From Bacillota bacterium (lineage in GTDB: Bacteria; Bacillota; SHA-98; Ch115), in contig JABLXA010000017.1 in the NCBI GenBank assembly GCA_013178415.1, positions 69,747-133,746 on the forward strand: DNA of 64,000 bases, given 5' to 3'. Every line of letters begins with the position of its first letter. Within the stretch, counting starts at the first letter, position 1. Below are positions 58,611 through 64,000 of this stretch, in pieces. A program made the translations under genes and the position numbers. The notes beneath the pieces were generated by a model. The model had not been told where the DNA came from, did not search any database, and saw only the letters and a list, made by a program, of their open reading frames with translations.

Positions 58611-60386
58611 TCAGGCCTCCAAAACCTGAACACAGAACCTTACATTTTGAGACTCTTTCGCTATTATCCTCATGAAATAGGAATCCTTCGCCCCTCCGCT
58701 CGTTTCAAGTCTATCGAAGCTTCTACACTCTAGAGAGACACGTTCGGGTTCCAATACTCTAAGAACCATGTCCCCTAGATAGCCTGTCAGGAGGAATTCC
58801 CTCTCCCCAGCTCTCCTAGGTTTGGTCCCAAGCTGGAGCCTCAATTCTATCTCCGCTTTTTCAGGAACACATACCTCATCGGTCAGGAGTAGCTCGCCGT
58901 AGGCGGGCTTCTTCCCTAGTTCAAGGCGTCGATTCAATGATGTGACAAGTCCTCCCGGATATGCCCCGGTCAGGTCAAGCATCACCGTATCTTTATCTGC
59001 GCCAGGTCTAAACTCTTCTATCTTGCCCTGAAACTCCTTCCCAATCCCCTGGGATTTCCCATCAATGAAAACCAGGCTATGACCCTCCGCATTGCAGAAA
59101 GGGTTCTTATAACGCTCCTGGCTGAAGTAGGCCCGGGTGTAAAGGCCTGCTCCAAGGTCGGTCAGGAAATCCTGGCCCATTGTATGGAAGATAAACTGCC
59201 CCACATCTACATGATTATGTGGTTCACCATTGTTGCCAGCTTTTACGGCAAGCACCGGGCCAAGCTTATCCTTCCAGCTCCTTCTAGTTACAAGCCAATC
59301 TATCCCCTTGAAATGCCTGTAAGTTTCAGAGGGGAGCAAAGGAGCTGGTAAAACACGATTTCTGAGTCCGCGTATGCTTTCAAACCTGTTTACTCGATGT
59401 TTCGGGAGGATTTCGAGAAGCCATGCTAGCTCTGGGCCCAAAAGGGTATGTTCCATCAATGAGTAGACTAGATCTTCACCTAATTTGACCCCAGGGTGAC
59501 AATCCCCAAAACTTACAAAGCCATCAGGAGGCAGGAAACAATGGAGAGGGAAGCTTCCGGTCAAGTTGAGTTTTGGGTGTTCAAACATATTCAACCTTCC
59601 CTCACTCACCCTGAATAGGCTATCTGCAAACCTAGCCAGGTGTGTGAGCCCGTAATTCCAGTATCCCACACCCTCTACCCATCCGCCTTCTTCATCGAAA
59701 AATTCAAGGTAATGGTTGAGACGGATGGTAATATCGGATATCATCTTTGAAAGCTGGGGCTCCGGCAGCCTCGATGTAATAGCTGCCGTGCCGATGGCAG
59801 CACAACACACTGCACACCAGTTAGACCAGTATCCCTCTGACCACCAGTAATCATCAGGACATTCAAGAAATGGAGCGAAGATGCGACGATTTAGCTCAAA
59901 GATAACTCTCTTTTTAAGGTTCAAATCAAAGCGATCTCCCAGAATATCCAGGATCTCCCCAAGGAGTTCCGCTGTCATGCTAGCTCCAAGATCAATGTAG
60001 GCTTTGCTGAAATCAAGCTCTTCTGGAAGATGGGCAGGCCAGCACCACGTAGCCTCCTCACATATCGCCCAAATATAATCCTGAAGTCTAGCAAGGAAGC
60101 TTGCGTCTCCAGTAAGGAAGCTTCCAAGCGCCAAGGTAAGCATATTCTGGCGTCTAGTCCTGGCAGGGACTTCGTAATGCGAGCGGTTCCCTGTCTTATA
60201 GAATTCCGCAAAAAAGGTGTAGGGAGTCTCCGGTATGGGAGAAGATACTATCTCCCTGCACCGCTCCAGGATCTCTTCTCGGGGTAGATCGTCCCGGATC
60301 TCTCCAGGGGCTAGAACAATGACCTTCCTTAGCCTTTCGGGGGTTAATATATCCCTTATCCCTTCTGTGTTTAAAAGCTGGTACAT
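58611..60386 (-). CDS. Heparinase II/III-like polysaccharide lyase
   Basis: NWCAVC, EGVGYWNYG, HNHVD and GHSLVFIDG motifs. Confidence 0.75.
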   Translation of the reverse strand: MYQLLNTEGIRDILTPERLRKVIVLAPGEIRDDLPREEILERCREIVSSPIPETPYTFFAEFYKTGNRSHYEVPARTRRQNMLTLALGSFLTGDASFLARLQDYIWAICEEATWCWPAHLPEELDFSKAYIDLGASMTAELLGEILDILGDRFDLNLKKRVIFELNRRIFAPFLECPDDYWWSEGYWSNWCAVCCAAIGTAAITSRLPEPQLSKMISDITIRLNHYLEFFDEEGGWVEGVGYWNYGLTHLARFADSLFRVSEGRLNMFEHPKLNLTGSFPLHCFLPPDGFVSFGDCHPGVKLGEDLVYSLMEHTLLGPELAWLLEILPKHRVNRFESIRGLRNRVLPAPLLPSETYRHFKGIDWLVTRRSWKDKLGPVLAVKAGNNGEPHNHVDVGQFIFHTMGQDFLTDLGAGLYTRAYFSQERYKNPFCNAEGHSLVFIDGKSQGIGKEFQGKIEEFRPGADKDTVMLDLTGAYPGGLVTSLNRRLELGKKPAYGELLLTDEVCVPEKAEIELRLQLGTKPRRAGEREFLLTGYLGDMVLRVLEPERVSLECRSFDRLETSGGAKDSYFMRIIAKESQNVRFCVQVLEA

Positions 60387-60391
60387 CCTAG

Positions 60392-62539
60392 TTACTCCCT
60401 CCTAACGGACAAATTAATGGCAACCGGCTCTGGAGGAGCTATAGAGAGATCACCGGACTTAAAACTATATAGCCCCACTGCCCCATAGCGAACCTCCTCC
60501 CCCTGGATCCTCCCTATGAGGAGTTCCGCACGGAAGCTGATCTCCCCTCCCACCCACTCAAGACGGCGAGGGCGGCTTCCAGCAGGACCATATTCAACAA
60601 GAATGAGGTCGCGTGCGTCTATCACACACCCGCATGCACCCTCCATCTCAATCTCGCGAATGTGGATGGGTTTCGCTTCACGAGGGAAAGGATATAAGAT
60701 TACAGGCAGGGTGACCGGAAGCTGGGTTTCGAGCGAAAATACAACCGTGGGGATGGGCCGCCTTACGAAGCCCTCCCCGCCATCTTCTTTTCTCCACTGG
60801 GGAATCCATCCCAGCACGGGGTCCTCCTGCCCCTTGATGACCTCTACACTGACAGGGGAAGAGCCGACCGGCATTATTAAAAGATTAGGGCCATCCGGCC
60901 TCTTACTGCATGCCCCCATCCCCTGCCACACTTCTGCATTATCGGCATTTAGATGGTAATGCACCTGAACTCTATGGCTTCCCTCACCCTCGAAGCGGTC
61001 AGCAACTACCCAATAATCCGGCCTCATGAAAATCACGGAACGTGAATGGGTTACACTCATATCATTATGAGGTCCATAACCATCTTCGTAGCGGCCGCAA
61101 GCGTAATCGAAAACCGGAGTTACAACCCAGGGGTTCCGATTCGGAGCATCGACCACATAAGTCTCCCTACGAGCTCTCCGGTTTTGACCCATGCCGTCCA
61201 CCAATGCGGTGTTATGAGCAGAGGTGGAAAGTACATATTGTCTCCATTTTGATTGGTCATATACATAGTTGCCAGGCTCAGTAAGGACTGTGTCACCGTA
61301 GGCATAGACCACTATATTAAGCTTATCCTCGTGCTGATGGCCATACCCGAAAGGACCTGCATCAAGAAGTAGATATCGGTCATCCTTATCCCAACCGCTC
61401 CGCATGATGTAATAACCCGCGTACCTGAAGGCATGGGAGTCATGCGCAGGTTTCCTGCCCTCTTTCCCCCGGGTAGCCCCGAAGAGATATTCCCCCTTCC
61501 CGTAAAGCCGGTAAGCCTCTTTAAGGGATTCGTTAACCCTAGTAGGAAAGGCGTCATTTAGTCCGGGAAGCTCTCCGTTAGGCATCATCATATAAAGATT
61601 GAATTCATACATCTTCTCCAATCTAGCAATATAGTCCGGGGGAAGCTCAACGTGGTTCAATCTAGCGAGATGAGCTACTGCCATAAAGTTCTGAAGGGCT
61701 ACCTGGTGATAGGAGGTGGTGAGTTCAATCTGAGCCCCATCAGGATAAACCTGCCTTGTAAGCTCTTCGTAAAGGCGGTTTAAAGCAATCTCAAGCCACC
61801 TCGGCGAATCCTTAAACTCAGGAAACATAATGGCTACAGTCGCAAGCCCATTACACTCCATGGTAACCCAGTTACCGCTTCGCTGGGGCTGCTCTACTGT
61901 GATTCTCTCAAGGTGATGTGCATGGTCCATAAAGGACTTCACCATGACCGCATGCGTTTCAGGCGTAAAGGAAGGGGAGTTCAGGAAATAATGGTAGGCA
62001 TCCATCCAGGTTGTGGAACTCCTTATGCCGGCTTCTATGGTTCGCCATCTCAGGGAACGATTTCCATAATTAGGGTCATCGAGCGGCACCGGGGAAGTTG
62101 TGACCCAATGCTTCATTTGCCTTACCCATTCCAGCGCATAATCCTCGTTCCCCGTCTCCCAATATGCCCTTCCGAGAACGACCCAGAAGTGAAACCTATT
62201 TAGATTGCACCATGTCCACTCGTTAGTGAAATCTGGTCTCGAAGGATCAACGGGGTTGAAGTCCCAGTTTATTGGATCGCCTACGTATGCTGGTTCCCCT
62301 ACGTAACCGCCAATGATGTGGTCCATCACATCCCTGGCGTAGTCTACCTCTCCGTGACCTTTTCCCTTTGGAGACTCCTTCCAGTCAAAATGCCATTTCG
62401 GGTAATCCCTGAACCGTCTAAACCTGAGGTAGGCCTCCTGAGCACCAGGGATATCATCCCTATTTAGTGCCAGCTTCACAGTTTCGAGCCCCGGATAGTC
62501 GAGATTGAGGTTCTCAAAGAGCTGCCGACTACTCTCCAT
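60392..62539 (-). CDS. Heparinase II/III-like polysaccharide lyase with an N-terminal alpha/alpha domain
   Basis: LNRFHFW, WRTIEAGIR, DGAQIELTTSYH, YIMRSGW, HQHEDKL and STSAHNT motifs; start reassigned to MESSR. Confidence 0.8.
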   Translation of the reverse strand: MESSRQLFENLNLDYPGLETVKLALNRDDIPGAQEAYLRFRRFRDYPKWHFDWKESPKGKGHGEVDYARDVMDHIIGGYVGEPAYVGDPINWDFNPVDPSRPDFTNEWTWCNLNRFHFWVVLGRAYWETGNEDYALEWVRQMKHWVTTSPVPLDDPNYGNRSLRWRTIEAGIRSSTTWMDAYHYFLNSPSFTPETHAVMVKSFMDHAHHLERITVEQPQRSGNWVTMECNGLATVAIMFPEFKDSPRWLEIALNRLYEELTRQVYPDGAQIELTTSYHQVALQNFMAVAHLARLNHVELPPDYIARLEKMYEFNLYMMMPNGELPGLNDAFPTRVNESLKEAYRLYGKGEYLFGATRGKEGRKPAHDSHAFRYAGYYIMRSGWDKDDRYLLLDAGPFGYGHQHEDKLNIVVYAYGDTVLTEPGNYVYDQSKWRQYVLSTSAHNTALVDGMGQNRRARRETYVVDAPNRNPWVVTPVFDYACGRYEDGYGPHNDMSVTHSRSVIFMRPDYWVVADRFEGEGSHRVQVHYHLNADNAEVWQGMGACSKRPDGPNLLIMPVGSSPVSVEVIKGQEDPVLGWIPQWRKEDGGEGFVRRPIPTVVFSLETQLPVTLPVILYPFPREAKPIHIREIEMEGACGCVIDARDLILVEYGPAGSRPRRLEWVGGEISFRAELLIGRIQGEEVRYGAVGLYSFKSGDLSIAPPEPVAINLSVRRE

Positions 62540-62633
62540 GAAAGAACTTCCTCCTCGAAAGGCTCCTGCCTGGAATATTTGCCACAGTCTTCCACGCAGG
62601 AGCCCCACAATTTACCTACCGTTCCCGGTCCTG

Positions 62634-63918
62634 CTACTTTCCTTTCTTGAAGAAGAACTGGCATGGGTTAAAGGGAGCAGGGTTTGGATAGAGCCACGAC
62701 CCGAAATAGGTCTCAGGGACGTTCCGGAAGTTGTTTTTCGCGATATAGTATCCCAACGGCGGCCTGCTGATGCCTATTATATAGAGGTTTTCCGCGTCGA
62801 TCTTCAGTATCTCCTTCATCAATTCTATCTGCTTATTTTCATCCGGCGTTGTAAGGATCTGGTCGTAAAGCTGCATCTGCTTCTTGACCTCTGGAGGCGG
62901 CTCCTCCCCTGACTTTCCGCCAGTATTGTACCATAGCTGCCAGAGCGGAGCATGGTTGGATTCTACGCTAAACGGAAAGTACCATCGGGGTTCGAGCAGG
63001 ACTTCCATTCCTCCGTCTCCGCCCCAGATTGCAACGTCATGTTCAGCAGCCTCTTTACGAGTATAGAAGAGCGAGCGGTCCTCTACCTTAATCGCAGTCT
63101 TAACACCTACGGCCTCCCAGAACTGCTTAACCATTGCACAGGCGTCTTCCCAGTTAGGATTGCCGGCAGCTATCTCTATCGTCAGAGCCAGCGGCTTCCC
63201 GTCGGGCCTGAGCCTGAAGCCGCTCTTATCGCGCTTCGTAAGGCCCATTTCATCGAGGAGCTTATTAGCCCTCTGCGGGTCATATTCTATGTAAGCCTTG
63301 GAGAGCGGTTCGTAATAGAATGGGGACTCCGGAAGTGGGGAGGGCTGGTATGGTTCACCCTGACCGTAGTAAACCGTGTCTATAATGTCCTGACGGTTTA
63401 TCGCCAGGGACATGGCAAAGCGAAACCTGCGGTCGTTGAAGATCTTCCGGAGAACTGGGTCCTTGTGGTTCAGGTTGAAGGCGATTACCATAGTATTCAT
63501 GCCGCTGCCCACGACCTTACCGATTCTGTAATCCCCCTTGGTCCGGTTCTCGGCGAAAACCGAATAATTCTGCACCTGGGCGATGTGCCTATCCTGATAG
63601 TCTATTTCCCCGGCAAGCGCCTTCATGGTTGCAACCTCAACGTTATCCACTATTTCAAAGACTACCCGGTCGATATAGGGTAGCTGATTCCCCGCTGTGT
63701 CGACCTTCCAGTAGTAGGGATTCCTATCGAAGGTAACCACGGGGCCCGTACCAAGAGCCGTGGTAAGTCTCCACGCATGTAACGTAGGACGTTCGGGGTT
63801 CATCCAGGCATCGTTTTTATTGGCATAGAGTTGATACCAGTGATCAAGTTTAGCTTCCTTCACCATCCCTTCCAGCTTTTCTTTAGGGGCATATTTGATA
63901 TGAAACTGCTTCATGTAG
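62634..63918 (-). pseudogene. Family-5 ABC substrate-binding protein, N-terminal part cut off by the IS
   Basis: YMKQFH, RNPYYWKVD.AGNQLPYID and RRFRFAMSLAINR present; the track's MRKLG start comes from the IS end; no signal peptide. Confidence 0.85.
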
Positions 63919-64000
63919 CCCAACTTCCGCAACCCAGGCCTATTTTTCGATCATTTTGGGGTGTCGAGTAAGGCAAAAGCCCAGCTAGACACATTGTCCA
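63919..64000 (+). mobile_element. Second copy of the IS1634-like left end, inverted relative to 1..194
   Basis: 63916..64000 is the exact reverse complement of 113..197. Confidence 0.8.

Noticed and set aside
1-64000. tRNA, rRNA or riboswitch genes
   Set aside because: None recognised by eye; tRNAscan-SE and Infernal would be needed to exclude them

Overview
About 64 kb of chromosomal DNA from an anaerobic, Bacillota-like bacterium. Signs of this are SigA-type promoters, strong AGGAGG ribosome-binding sites, Rex and GlnR/TnrA boxes and a sigma28 promoter; several substrate-binding proteins lack lipoboxes, which hints at a diderm envelope. The window is mostly carbohydrate and nucleoside utilisation: a CUT2 monosaccharide ABC transporter; a BMP-type nucleoside ABC transporter with a Pdp-like phosphorylase, MtnA and a class II aldolase; an FGGY kinase/PMI/MFS/AgaS cluster; a family-5 (Opp-like) ABC operon; a GHL10-CBM9-like protein; a GH38 mannosidase; two heparinase II/III-like lyases; and two ADP-ribosylglycohydrolase-family proteins, one beside a ribokinase. 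It also holds an hfsABC-like sensory [FeFe]-hydrogenase operon, an RHH/PIN toxin-antitoxin pair, an MCP, and Amt with a divergent GlnR/TnrA-like regulator. Both window ends carry the same IS end (IS1634-like) in inverted orientation, 85/85 nt identical, and each copy interrupts a gene. The least explained region is a 2.8-kb islet at about 40.7-43.2 kb with two coiled-coil membrane genes, a YkoF-like gene and two families of about 32-bp palindromic tandem arrays. No rRNA, tRNA or CRISPR array was recognised by eye.
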